Shown here: positions 38,000 to 49,845 of the stretch, one piece after another
Layout of the letters: each line of letters opens with the position of its first letter
Position numbering within the stretch: position 1 is the stretch's first letter
NCBI RefSeq assembly: GCF_030144855.1
Contig: NC_082720.1
Coordinates: 87,420,001 to 87,484,000 of the forward strand
Direction of reading: 5' to 3'
From: Hypanus sabinus
Taxonomy: Eukaryota
DNA length: 64,000 nt
Translations under genes and position numbers: made by a program
The notes under the pieces: model-generated
The model's input: only the letters and a program-made list of their open reading frames with translations
What the model was told of the DNA's origin: nothing
Databases searched by the model: none

Positions 38000-39370
38000 T
38001 TCCAGTACACAAGGAGAACAGAATAATTGTTACTCCAGATCTGATTCAGCACAAAAAAAGCACAATAAGATAAAGAACACAATAATAAACACATACACAA
38101 TAAATAGAAATACATAATACTGCCTATAGATTGATTGTAAGCGACACTAGGCACAGGAGTGTCTGTACATAAGGTGACTCTGACAGGAAATGATAAAGTA
38201 GTGGTGGTTGGGGGTGTGGAGGGGGTGTTGATCAGTCTTATTAATTGGGGAAACTAACTGATTTTGCGTCTGGTGATCCTGCTGTGAATGTTACGTAGCC
38301 TCCTCCCTGATGGGAGTGGGACAAACAGTCCGCGAGCAGGGTGTGTGGGATCCTTCCTCCCTGATGGGAGTGGGACAAACAGTCCCTGAGCAGGGTGGGT
38401 GGGATCCTTCCTCCCTGATGGGAGTGGGACAAACAGTCCGCGAGCAGGGTGGGTGGGATCCTTCCTCCCTGATGGGAGTGGGACAAACAGTCCGCGAGCA
38501 GGGTGGGTGGGATCCTTCCTCCCTGATGGGAGTGGGACAAACAGTCCGCGAGCAGGGTGGGTGGGATCCTTCCTCCCTGATGGGAGTGGGACAAACAGTC
38601 CCTGAGCAGGGTGGGTGGGATCCTTCCTCCCTGATGGGACTGGGACAAACAGTCCCTGAGCAGGGTGGGCGGGATCCTTCCTCCCTGATGGGAGTGGGAC
38701 AAACAGTCCGCGAGCAGGGTGGGTGGGATCCTTCCTCCCTGATGGGAGTGGGACAAACAGTCTCTGAGCAGGGTGGCTGGGATCCTTCCTCCCTGATGGG
38801 AGTGGGACAAACAGTCTCTGAGCAGGGTGGCTGGGATCCTTCCTCCCTGATGGGAGTGGGACAAACAGTCCGCGAGCAGGGTGGCTGGGATCCTTCCTTC
38901 ATGATGGGAGTGGGACAAACAGTCCCTGAGCAGGGTGGCTGGGATCCTTCCTCCCTGATGGGAGTGGGACAAACAGTCCGCGAGCAGGGTGGCTGGGATC
39001 CTTCCTTCATGATGGGAGTGGGACAAACAGTCCCTGAGCAGGGTGGCTGGGATCCTTCCTCCCTGATGGGAGTGGGACAAACAGTCCCTGAGCAGGGTGG
39101 GTGGGATCCTTCCTCCCTGATGGGAGTGGGACAAACAGTCCCTGAGCAGGGTGGGTGGGATCCTTCCTCCCTGATGGGAGTGGGACAAACAGTCCGCGAG
39201 CAGGGTGGGTGGGATCCTTCCTCCCTGATGGGAGTGGGACAAACAGTCCCTGAGCAGGGTGGGTGGGATCCTTCCTCCCTGATGGGAGTGGGACAAACAG
39301 TCCGCGAGCAGGGTGGCTGGGATCCTTCCTTCATGATGGCCTTTTCCCAGCACCTTTCTACACCAGGTAA
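38000..39370 (-). mobile_element. Rex1/Babar LINE 3' end hosting the 54-bp array
   Basis: Minus-strand flanks read ...AIMKDPSHPARGLFVPLPSGR [array] RLRNIHSRITR..., followed by an A-rich tail toward 38.0 kb. Confidence 0.75.
38300..39335. repeat. 54-bp minisatellite, ~19 copies
   Basis: Unit CTCCCTGATGGGAGTGGGACAAACAGTCCGCGAGCAGGGTGGGTGGGATCCTTC, with a BamHI site in each unit. Confidence 0.97.
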
Positions 39371-39433
39371 GTTTGGCAATGCCTCGTAGCTTTCAGCTTT
39401 CTTCTGCTCCTTACCAGTGTGATCTGCTTTCAG

Positions 39434-39612
39434 GAGCAGCGGCTGGAAGCGTGGATTCCTCTACACCGGCGTGTCCATCCTGGCGGCCATGCTGATCGCT
39501 GGGCAGGTGGTCAGCGTCATGTTTCTGCTGAAGCAACAGGACAAGATAATGAACCTGCAGAAGACAACGGATCGGATTGAGCGCAAGCGCATGCCAAGCA
39601 GCGGCCCGTACA
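39434..39612 (+). CDS. CD74: CD74 exon 2: SSGWKRGFLYTGVSILAAMLIAGQVVSVMFLLKQQDKIMNLQKTTDRIERKRMPSSGPY (type II TM)
   Basis: TTTCAG|G acceptor and A|GTAAGC donor; aligns to human [30 protein letters not shown]. Confidence 0.97.
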
Positions 39613-40385
39613 GTAAGCACACTCCCTGACTTCCGGTCGGATCTGATTCCAGTGTGGATTCCATATTCAAGCATCCGGATACTGATCAGAAATGCAAAAT
39701 GATTCACACAAGTGAGATGGGTGGCAAATGTGGTGTTAGGGCAACACTTTACAGCCCCAGTGACCTGGGTTCAATTCCTGCTGTTCCCTGAAAGGAGTTT
39801 GCACACTCTCCTTGTGACCTCCGGCTGCCCTGCTTTCCTCCCACATTCCAAAAGCATAAGGGCTAGTGGGTTAATTAGTCACTCTGGGGTAACTGGGCGT
39901 CGTGGACTCTTGGGGCAGGAGGGGCCTGTTATTGTGTCGCATCCCCAAGTAAAAATAGAGGAGAGAAGTTTAATGTCAGCGGGGAGAGGTTTGAAAGGAG
40001 TGTGAGGCTGGAGTACCCAGAGGAAACCCAACGTGGTCACCGGGAGAATGTACAAACTCCTTACAGACAGCTGGCAATGTAAAGTGTTACACTAACTGCT
40101 AGACTACTGTGGTGCCCTTGTTCTGGGTGAACAATAAGAGTACGATATGATGCACTCTTGGCCCCACAGTCTACCTCGTTATGATCTTGCATTTCATCGG
40201 TTATCCGCACTGCACTTTCTCTGTAACTGTGACATTTTATTCTGCATTCTGTTATTGTTTTCCCTTGTTCTATCTCAGTGCACGGTGTAATGATCTGATC
40301 TGTATGAACAGTGTGAGACAAGCTTTTCACTGTATCTTAGTACGTGTGACAGTGATAAACCAATTCCAATTTTTCTCCCCTTCAG

Positions 40386-40468
40386 GACCGAAACCAATCA
40401 TGCATATGCGGCCGATGATAATGGATCTCCCGATGTCGTACATAGACCCCATGGCTGAAGCTCCAAAG
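40386..40468 (+). CDS. CD74: CD74 exon 3 (CLIP): (R)PKPIMHMRPMIMDLPMSYIDPMAEAPK
   Basis: Polypyrimidine tract plus CAG acceptor; AAG|GTGACC donor; similar to human [20 protein letters not shown]. Confidence 0.95.
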
Positions 40469-40714
40469 GTGACCTTCCATCGGAGACCATGAGGAAGTTG
40501 TGACGGAGTGAATGAGTGAAAGGGAGAGAAGGCACATGAATTAGAGGGAGAAGTTGGCTGGTTTTCATGTGGGTGGGGCAATTTCGCCAGTACAACTGTA
40601 TCTCACGGGGTGGGAGGGTGACTTCTTGATGACATTGATGGACATGGCCCAACAAATTAGTTTCAACAGATGCCAGTCCTTGGGGGTCCATTATTTTAGA
40701 ATAGAACTCTATTT

Positions 40715-41260
40715 ATCTCTTACTATCTCTATCTATCTCCATCNNNNNNNNNNNNNNNNNNNNNNNNNNNNNNNNNNNNNNNNNNNNNNNNNNNNNNNNN
40801 NNNNNNNNNNNNNNNNNNNNNNNNNNNNNNNNNNNNNNNNNNNNNNNNNNNNNNNNNNNNNNNNNNNNNNNNNNNNNNNNNNNNNNNNNNNNNNNNNNNN
40901 NNNNNNNNNNNNNNNNNNNNNNNNNNNNNNNNNNNNNNNNNNNNNNNNNNNNNNNNNNNNNNNNNNNNNNNNNNNNNNNNNNNNNNNNNNNNNNNNNNNN
41001 NNNNNNNNNNNNNNNNNNNNNNNNNNNNNNNNNNNNNNNNNNNNNNNNNNNNNNNNNNNNNNNNNNNNNNNNNNNNNNNNNNNNNNNNNNNNNNNNNNNN
41101 NNACTCTGTCCCTCTCTCTCCCCCTCTCTCCCCCTTTCTCTCACTCTCTCTCTCTGCTCTCTCCCCCCTCTCTCCCTCTCTCTCTCCCCCTCTCTCCCTC
41201 TCTCCCTCTCCCTCCCTCTCTCTCCCTCCCCCTCCCTCTTTCTCTCTCCCCCCCATCTCA
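40715..41260. repeat. (CT)n/(ATCT)n microsatellite containing an assembly gap (N at 40744-41102), CD74 intron 3
   Basis: Directly visible. Confidence 0.93.
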
Positions 41261-41474
41261 CAGTTTGTCTTCTTTTGCGTGATGGTTCCTTGTCTGTCTT
41301 TATTTATATACTTTTTAAAATAAATTCTACTCTATGTCTTTGTTTTCCTGTGACTGCCTGTAAGAAAATGAGCTTTAAGGTGGTATATGGTGATATATAT
41401 GTACTTTGATAATAGGTGTACTATGACAGTTGTGAACACTGTGGGGTGGTCACCTTCACTTGTATTTTCCACAG

Positions 41475-41534
41475 GCTCCGGCAACCACTCCTCAGCCAAT
41501 GACCGTGCTGGAACAAGTGCAGCAACTATTGAAG
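41475..41534 (+). CDS. CD74: CD74 exon 4: APATTPQPMTVLEQVQQLLK
   Basis: TTTTCCACAG acceptor and AAG|GTGCGT donor; 60 nt, phase 0-0; equivalent to human NMTEDHVMHLLQ. Confidence 0.9.
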
Positions 41535-41604
41535 GTGCGTCTCTGATCTGCTATCTGACCTCTGATTCACAGAGCACAAAGAGAGTCTATTTGGCCCATT
41601 GTAC

Positions 41605-42700
41605 ACCATGAGAAACAGAAGCAGCATTAGACTCCTCAGCCCATTGAAGTACTCCTCCATTCCATCATGGCTGATTTATTTTCCCTCTCAACCTCATTCT
41701 CTTTCCTTCTCCTTGTAACCTTTGACACCCTGACTAATCAAGAACCTATCAACCTCCACTTTAAATACACCCAATGACATGGCCTCCACAGATTCACCAT
41801 CCTCCGGCTAAAGAAATTCCTCTTTACCTCTGTTCTAAATGGATGTCCCTCTATTCCGAATCAGTGCCATCTGGTCCTAGACTCCCCCACTGTATGAAAT
41901 ATCCCCTGCACATCCACTCTATCTAAGCCTTTCAATATGCAACTGGTGTCACTGAGAACCGCCTCATTCTTCTAAACTCCATTGAGTATAAGCCCAGAAC
42001 CATCAAATACCAATCTTCTTCCCTCTTACATTGTTAAGCAGCCTCATGTGTGGTACCTTGTTAAAGGCCTTCTGAAAATCCAAGCAAACAACTCTGACTG
42101 ACTCTCCTTTATCTATTCTGTCATTTCCTCAAAAAGTTCAAACAGATTTGTCAGGCAAAATTTCACCATAAGGAAACCATGCTGACTTTGGCCTATTTTA
42201 CCAAGTGACTCCAAGTACCCTGAGACCTTATCCTTAATAATGGACTCCAGCATCATCCCAACCGTTGATGTCAGGCTAACTGGCTTATAATTTCTTGTCC
42301 TTTGTCTCCCCCTCTTCTTGAAGAGGGGAGTGCAATTTGCCAGTCCCCTGGAACCATCCAGAATCGTGTGATTCTTGAAAGTCAATACTAATGCCACCAC
42401 AATCTCTTCAGATATTTCTTTCAGAAACCTGGGATGTAGTCCATCTGATCTGGGTGACATATCTACCTTGAAATCTTACCCAAGCACCTTCTCCCCAGTA
42501 ATAGCAACTGCACTTACTTCAGCCTCCTGACACTCTCCAACTACCTGCTGGGGTCTGCCACAATGAAGACTGTTGCAGTTTCTCCCCTGTTTTCTCGTCC
42601 CTCGTTACTACCTCTCCAGCATTGTTTTCCAGTTGTCTGATATCCACTCTCACCTCCCTTTCACACTATATACCTGAAAAGAACTTTTAGTATGCTGTTT
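41605..42700 (-). mobile_element. CR1 LINE fragments (3' end and RT region)
   Basis: CTPLFKKRGRQRTRNYKPVSLTSTVGMMLESIIKD...QSQHGF (RT). Confidence 0.8.
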
Positions 42701-43135
42701 GATGTTGTGTGATGCTGGATTTTTGCAGTGTTCTGAGTCATTCCAGTACCTAGTCACCAAGTACCATCTCCCAACCCCACTTTCCTACCTGTCACCACGG
42801 CCTGTCATCCCACACCCCTCCTCAGTCCACCAATCTCCTCGGAATCCTTTCCTCTTCTCCCCGCTCTATACTAGTCATCTCCCCTCCCCATTCTCGGTCC
42901 TGAGATAGGGTTTCAACACAAAACAAAGACAATTCCTTCCTTCCTTCCCCCCCACCCATAGACACTGTTCAACCTGCTGAATTCCTGCAGCAGGATGTCA
43001 CTCCAAATTCTAGCACTAACTCTCCCTTGTGTCTCTCGTTATTTGGGAGATTTAAGGCTGGAAGTTGAGTACCTGTTGTCCTGCTTCGAGGAGCGTTGGT
43101 TTGACACTGATATTCTCTTTCCTGTTCAACACCAG

Positions 43136-43231
43136 GAAGGCAACAGGAGCGTGGAGATGCCAGAACTGAAGGAGGGTTTCTCCAACAACCTGAAACTTCT
43201 GAAGCAGAGCCTGAAGGAAAGTGACTGGCAG
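43136..43231 (+). CDS. CD74: CD74 exon 5: EGNRSVEMPELKEGFSNNLKLLKQSLKESDWQ (trimerisation domain; NRS sequon)
   Basis: 96 nt, phase 0-0, CAG|GTGTGT donor; aligns to human [25 protein letters not shown]. Confidence 0.96.
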
Positions 43232-43920
43232 GTGTGTGATGTCTGGAAAATCTCTAGGTTGTAGGGAGAGGTTTCTTCTTGCCAGCTGTAAGTGCTTTAG
43301 CTGTTTTATTTACCGAGAGATACCGCATGGGAACCGGTGGTTCGATGACAAATGCACCTACCAACCCGTACGTCTTTGGACTGAGGGAGGAACCAGAGCA
43401 CCTGGAGGAAAGGCACGCAGTCACGGGGAGAATGTACTCCTAGAGCACAAAATGCTGGACCAACTCAGCCGCTCAGGCAACTTCTGTTAGGGGAATATAC
43501 AGTTGACTTTTCGGGCCAAGACCACTGTTCCCTCCAAGCTGCCCGGGTGCCCGGCCGCACAGTGACTGAAGTGCTCCCACGCACACAGCCTTTATTGACG
43601 TGCAGCTGGAATTTTCTGTTATCTAATGTTACATAATTTTGAAATTATATTTTAATATACATTTAACATAAACTATATTCAAGGTATTTAATTTTGCCCT
43701 ACAATTAATAAATGAAAATTTAAAAATGTGATTTTTCAATTTTCATTCTAAATATTCATAGTTTGCATATTACAAAAAAAATCATTTTAAGTGCCGTCAG
43801 TATTTGGGCCATTAAAAATTTCTTGCTCAGAGCAATGGTTCATGCTCACAGCTGTCAAGGAAAAGTACTGGGACTATTGGAAATAACCCCTAACTACTCA
43901 CCCGCTTCTGTGTTTTCCAG

Positions 43921-44035
43921 GAGTTTGAATCTTGGCTTCAGAACTGGCTCCTATTCCAACTTGTTCAGGGTGAGAAGAAACCAGCTCCGACCAGAGCATC
44001 CCGGATCCAGCCCCAACCTGACCCCCAGCCTCAGG
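43921..44035 (+). CDS. CD74: CD74 exon 6: EFESWLQNWLLFQLVQGEKKPAPTRASRIQPQPDPQPQ
   Basis: TGTTTTCCAG acceptor; aligns to human VFESWMHHWLLFEM; phase-1 donor G|GTATGT; a second phase-1 donor G|GTGAGA after 43969. Confidence 0.93.
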
Positions 44036-44149
44036 GTATGTAGCAGTCGTCGGCTCCTCCGTCATCTCTTCTAGAAGCTACAGAGTTCGCTCCTCCCGCT
44101 CCAGCCCACCTCCTCCGTCATCTCTTCTAGATGCTGCAACGAGAGTCAG

Positions 44150-44862
44150 ACCCCTTCAGCCCATCTAGTCTATGGCAAACCATTAATCTGTCTAGTCCCA
44201 GCAGCCTACACCCAGACCATAGCCCTTCAGCCCATCTAGTCTATGGCAAACCATTAATCTGTCTAGTCCCAGCAGCCTACACCCAGACCATAGCCCTTCA
44301 GCCCATCTAGTCTATGGCAAACCATTAATCTGTCTAGTCCCAGCAGCCTACACCCAGACCATAGCCCTTCAGCCCATCTAGTCTATGGCAAACCATTAAT
44401 CTGTCTAGTCCCACCAGCCTGCACCCAGACCATAGCCCTTCAGCCCATCTAGTCTATGGCAAACCATTAATCTGTCTAGTCCCACCAGCCTGCACCCAGA
44501 CCATAGCCCTTCAGCCCATCTAGTCTATGGCAAACCATTAATCTGTCTAGTCCCACCAGCCTGCACCCAGACCATAGCCCTTCAGCCCATCCAGTCTATG
44601 GCAAACCATTAATCTGTCTAGTCCCAGCAGCCTACACCCAGACCATAGCCCTTCAGCCCATCTAGTCTATGGCAAACCATTAATCTGTCTAGTCCCACCA
44701 GCCTGCACCCAGACCATAGCCCTTCAGCCCATCTAGTCTATGGCAAACCATTAATCTGTCTAGTCCCACCAGCCTGCACCCAGACCATAGCCCTTCAGCC
44801 CATCTAGTCTATGGCAAACCATTAATCTGTCTAGTCCCACCAGCCTGCACCCAGACCATAGT
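44150..44862. repeat. 71-bp minisatellite, ~10 copies, derived from an antisense CR1 3' UTR
   Basis: Unit AGCCCTTCAGCCCATCTAGTCTATGGCAAACCATTAATCTGTCTAGTCCCA[C/G]CAGCCT[A/G]CACCCAGACCAT; CR1 sequence continues at 44863-45050. Confidence 0.95.
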
Positions 44863-45205
44863 CCAATGTAACTATCCAAATTTCCGTTCAATATTGCAAC
44901 TGAATCCGCATCACCACTTCCACTGGCACCTCATTCCACACTCTCACCACCCTCTGAGTGAAGAATTTTTCCCTCACATTCCCTTTAAACTTTTCACCTT
45001 TAACTCAGTTCCAGTCTCACTCAACCTCAGTGGAAATCTAAAGGGCAACTTTTTTCACACAGAGGATAATAAGTGTTTGAAGTATTTTGAGGAGGTATTG
45101 TTACCTGTCTTGAAAGTAATCAAACTATTTTTGCTTCAGCAGGTAGGAAGATCTTCTCCGGCATGGCGATGAGGCCAATGCTTCATGTTCTGCCACTCTC
45201 CGCAG

Positions 45206-45253
45206 ACCAACCCAAGGCATCCGAAATGCCCAAGCTGGCGCCTGTAACAAGGG
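45206..45253 (+). CDS. CD74: Probable additional CD74 linker exon: (D)QPKASEMPKLAPVTR, 48 nt, phase 1-1
   Basis: CTCTCCGCAG acceptor and G|GTAACT donor; keeps the frame between exon 6 and the Tg exon; P/K-rich like the end of exon 6; no homology support available to me. Confidence 0.65.
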
Positions 45254-47039
45254 GTAACTATTGATGGATTCTAGTGTTTTATATTCACCGTTCTTTCAGA
45301 AGTCAGGAATGAGGCACAAATCTTCACTGTAGTTGAACTAAGGAAATATGAAATGGGCGGTGATAGGAGCTGGAGGTGAAGTCTAAGATGCTGAGATTAG
45401 GATTAAGAAGATGGCGCTGGCCTCATGGTCAACTACTTTTATAACTATAGATAGGGAAAATTCCAATCAAATTTGCAGATAAGAGTTAACCAATGAGATA
45501 ATACTTATTCAAATAATGTAGTACCCAGAGAAGTTTCCAGGCTTGTATCCCTATAACCACACCAGGCATATCAAATTGTCGTATGCATACAAGAACTAAA
45601 AATACAAACATATAATTAATTATTAAACATCAAAGAAAATAACAATTTAAACAGTCTAATCTGAGAATTAAACAGAGCACAATACTATGGCAACACATAT
45701 TCAACTTGGAAAGGGATTGGGAAAGGCATTTTTATGTTTTGCATTGTGAAACCATAGGATTGGGAAAGGGGAAACTGGAAACTAAGAGGAATATGCATTA
45801 AGAAATGATGTGAGAAATTCTTGGATTAGAATTGAAATGGTAATATATTGGTTAGCGGAAGTGGGATGTCGGAGTTCAGAGCTCAGTCCTGGAGCCCTCT
45901 GTAAGGGGTCTCTATACGTCCTCCCAGTGAAATGTGCAGGTTTCCCCGGGTTCTCTGGTTTCCCCCACAGTCGAAAGGTGTACTGGGTTGGTTAATTGGT
46001 CATTGAAATTGTCCTGTGATAAGGCTGGGATTAAATCAGGGTTGTTGGGGGTTGTTTGGGAATGGGGCTGCAGAGGCCTGTTCTGCGTTGTATCTCTAAA
46101 TAAATAAAAGAAATAAAGAAACACCTGATATGGGAAGATATAATTAATGAGGGTTGGCCTGGACAAGGTAGGAGTAAAATTGGATAGGTATCCAAGTAAA
46201 ATTGGAGAGGAAAGGAATGGAGGGTTGTGGGCTGAGTGCGGGCCAGTGGGACTAGGTGAGAGTAAGCGTTCGGCACGGACTAGAAGGGCCGAGATGGCCC
46301 ATTTCGCTGTAATTGTTATATGGCCTGTCGAAGGGATTGAGGACAGATGCTTTTTCTGTGTCGCGAGATGTTGGAACTTCCTTTGTCAAAGGGCAGAGGA
46401 AAGAGTCGTTGCATATTTGCAAGGTGAAGGTAGGTAGATTCTTGATAAGCAAGAAGGTGAAAGGTCACCATGGATGTACCGAATTGGTAAACTGGGGTGG
46501 CAATCAACTCAGCCACATTCTTATCTGGTCAGGGCATCAAAAGTTACAGGAAGAAGGCAGGGTAAAGGGGTTGAGAGGGATAATAAATTAGCCTAATGGA
46601 ACCGCAGAGCACAATCAATAGGCCAAATAGCTCAATACTGCTCCTGTATCTTAGAGTATCGTGGTCTTAGTGACCAACCTCTGCTCCTATTTCGCAAGAT
46701 CGTGTGTCAGAATCAAAGCCAGGTTTAATATCACTGACATACATTGCGAAATTTGGGGTTTTGTGGCAGCAGTGTAATGCAATACATAACAAAATTATAC
46801 ATTACCATAATTACAATAAGTTTCAATAAGAAAAATAAAAAAATAAGTAGTGTAAAAGAGAGCAAAATAGTCAGGCAGAATTTATTGTCCATTCAGGAAT
46901 CTGATGGTGGAAGGGAAGAAGCTGTTCCTAAAACATCGAGTGTGTGAATTCAGTCTCCTATACCTCCTTCCTGATGGTAGCAATGAAAAGAACACAAGGC
47001 TGGGTGACAATGGTTCATTGCTGGGGGATTAGACCAGAA

Positions 47040-49465
47040 GACCATGACATAGGAGCAGAATTAGGCCATTTGGCCCATCAGGTCTGCTCTACCATTCAAT
47101 CATGGCTGATCCATTATTTTCCCTCCTCAGCCTTCTCATAATCTTTGATATTGTGGCCAATTAAGAAATTTTCTATCTCCACCTTAAAGATTCCCAATGA
47201 TCTGGCCTCCACACTGCTTGTGTAACAAATTCTAGAAAACCAACCAGAAAAGGATCATTTTAATCCCACTCATTACCTCTTATCAATCAGCCAATACTCT
47301 AACCATACCAGCAACTTTCCTGTAATACCATGGGCTAATAACTTGGTAAGCAGTTCGTGTGTGGTGCCTTGTCAAAGGCCTTCTGAAAATCCAAATATAC
47401 AACATCCATTGTATCCCCTTTATCTATCCTACTTGTAATCTTCTCAGAGAATTCCAACAGGTTCATCAGGCAAGATTTTCCCTTGAGAAAACCATGGTGA
47501 CTTTTCCTACCTTGTCCTGTGTCATTAAGTACTCCGTAACCTCATCCTTAAAAATGGACTCCAGCATCTTCTGAGGTCAGGCTAACTGGTCTATAACTTC
47601 CTTTTTGCTGCCTCCCTCCTTTCTTAAAGAGTGGAGTAACATTTGCAACTTTTCAATCCACTGGAACCATGCCAGATTCCAGTAATTCTTGAAAGATCAT
47701 AACTAATGCCTCCACAATCTCTACTGTTACCTCTTTCAGAACCCTAGGATACAGTTCATCTAGTCCAGGTGACTTACGTACCTTTAGGTCTTTCAGCTTT
47801 TTGAGCACCTTCTCCCTTGTAACAGTAACTGCACTCACTTCTCTTCCCTCACACCCTTCAACATCTGGCACACTGCTCGTGTCTTCCACAGTGAAGAATG
47901 ATGCAAATTACTCATTTAGTTCATCCGCCATCTCCTTGTCCCCTGTTATTATTTCTCCAGCCTCATTTTCTAGCAGTCCTATATCCACTCTCATCTCTCT
48001 TTTATTTTTCGATAAAGCTTTTTTGATCCAGCTTGATATTGTTTGCTATTGCTTGCTTTCATCTTTCATCTTTTCCCTCCTAATGATTCTTTTAGTTCCT
48101 TTCTATAGGATTTTAAAAGCTTCCCAATCCTCTATCTTCCCACTAATTTTTGCATTGTTGTATGGCCTCTCTTTTGCTTTTATATTAACTTTGACTTCCC
48201 TTGTCAGCCACGGTTGTACTATTTTGCCATTTGAGCATTTCTTTGTTTTTGGAATACATCTATCCTGCACCTTCCTCATTTTCCCAGAAACTCACGCCAC
48301 TGCTGCTCTGCTGACATCCCTGTCAGCATCTCCTTCTGATTTACTTTACTTTGATTTACTTTGGCCAGCTCCTCTCTCATACCACTGTAATTTCCTTCAC
48401 TCCACTGAAATACTGCTGCATCAGACTTTACCTTTTCCCTAATAAATTTGAAGTTGAACTTAATCTTATTGTGATCACTATCTCCTAAGGGTTCCTTTAC
48501 CTTAAGCTCCCAAATCACCTCTGGTTCATTATAACACCCAATCCAGTATAGCTGATCCCCTAGTAGGCTCGATGACAAACTGCTCTAAAAAGCCACCTCT
48601 CAGGCATTGAACCAGTAGAGCTACAGCACCCCTTCTCCCTACCTTCCTATGCCTGTAACCTTGGACATTCAGCTCCCAACTACAACCACCCTTCAGCCAC
48701 GATTCGGTGATGGCCACAACATCATACCTGGCAATCTGTAAAAGTGCAACAAGGTCATCCACCTTATTTCTTATTCTCCATGCATTGAGATACAACACTT
48801 CAAGTAGTGTATTTGCTACCTTTGACTCTGCATCCTCAATGCACTGATACTCACCCTGCTGGCTGCAATTTTGCTCTATCATCTGCCTACCCTTCCTGAT
48901 AGTCTGACTGCATGCTATATTTACTTTTTTACCATCCGTCCTACCCTGAGCCCCTTCACACCAGTTCCCAACCCCCTGCCAAATTAGTTTCAACCCTCCC
49001 CAGCAGCTCTAACAAAGCTGACCGTGAGAATATTGATCCCCCTCGGTTCAGGTGCAACTTTTGAACAGGTCATACCTCCCCCAGAAGAGATCCCATTGAT
49101 CAAAAACCTGAAGCCCTGCCCCTGCACCAGTTTCTCCGCCATGCATTTATCTGCCAAATCATCCCGTTTCTATCCTCACTGACGTGTGGCACAGGCAGTA
49201 TTCCAGAAATTACTACCTGGGAGGTCCTGCTTCTCATCTTTCTGCCGAGCTCTCTAAATTCTCTCTTCAGGACCTCATTGCTTTTCCTTCGTATGTCATT
49301 GGTACCAATATGTACCAAGACATCTGGCTCCTTACCCTCCCCCTCCAAAATGTTGTGGACACTATCCAAGACATCCCCGACCCAGGCACCTGGGAGGCAG
49401 TGTATCATTTGGGTGCCCCATTCATGTCCATGGAATCTCCTGTCTGTTCTTCTGACTGTTAGGAA
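47040..49465 (-). mobile_element. Degenerate CR1 LINE(s): ORF1 esterase, APE and RT pieces, 3' end
   Basis: VLVHIGTNDI...VVISGILPVP (ORF1); LYLNAWRIRNKVDDL...DVVAITESWL (APE); KSPGLDELYPRVLKEV (RT). Confidence 0.88.
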
Positions 49466-49565
49466 AGAGGTTGAGGACGTTGAGGTGCAGAGGGTGGCAA
49501 AGGTATGGGTAGAACCACCTGACAAATGACGTCATTTGATGCCATCCTTATTTTCCCCTGCGCAG

Positions 49566-49763
49566 TCAAGAGACCAGAGACTGAGTGTGAGAGGCAGCAG
49601 AGCCGGAAGATGATTCCTGGCAGTTTCCGCCCCTCTTGTGACCAGGATGGGAACTTTCAACCGAAGCAGTGTTGGCCCAGTACAGGATTCTGCTGGTGCA
49701 CCTATCCAAATGGGACTAAGATTGAGGGAACTGCAACTCGAGAACCCCTGCATAGTTGTAAAA
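49566..49763 (+). CDS. CD74: CD74 thyroglobulin type-1 exon (p41-type): (V)KRPETECERQQSRKMIPGSFRPSCDQDGNFQPKQCWPSTGFCWCTYPNGTKIEGTATREPLHSCK
   Basis: Six cysteines with QC and CWC motifs; 198 nt, phase 1-1; CCCCTGCGCAG acceptor and A|GTAGGC donor; aligns to human [36 protein letters not shown]. Confidence 0.97.
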
Positions 49764-49845
49764 GTAGGCTTCAGCTTTCTTCATCTGCTTATTCAGTATG
49801 GATGTGATTCCCAAGACCCTGCTTCATCCTTTAACCCTCAACCCA

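Noticed and set aside
35047-39389. Long Cys-rich and other repetitive ORFs (up to 940 aa)
   Set aside because: They are translations of the 30/32-bp and 54-bp arrays, intronic to CD74 and inside TE remnants.
40744-41102. Assembly gap that might hide a CD74 exon (also the gap at 26334-26627)
   Set aside because: Both gaps are flanked by simple repeats, and the exons on either side already join in phase with no missing domain.
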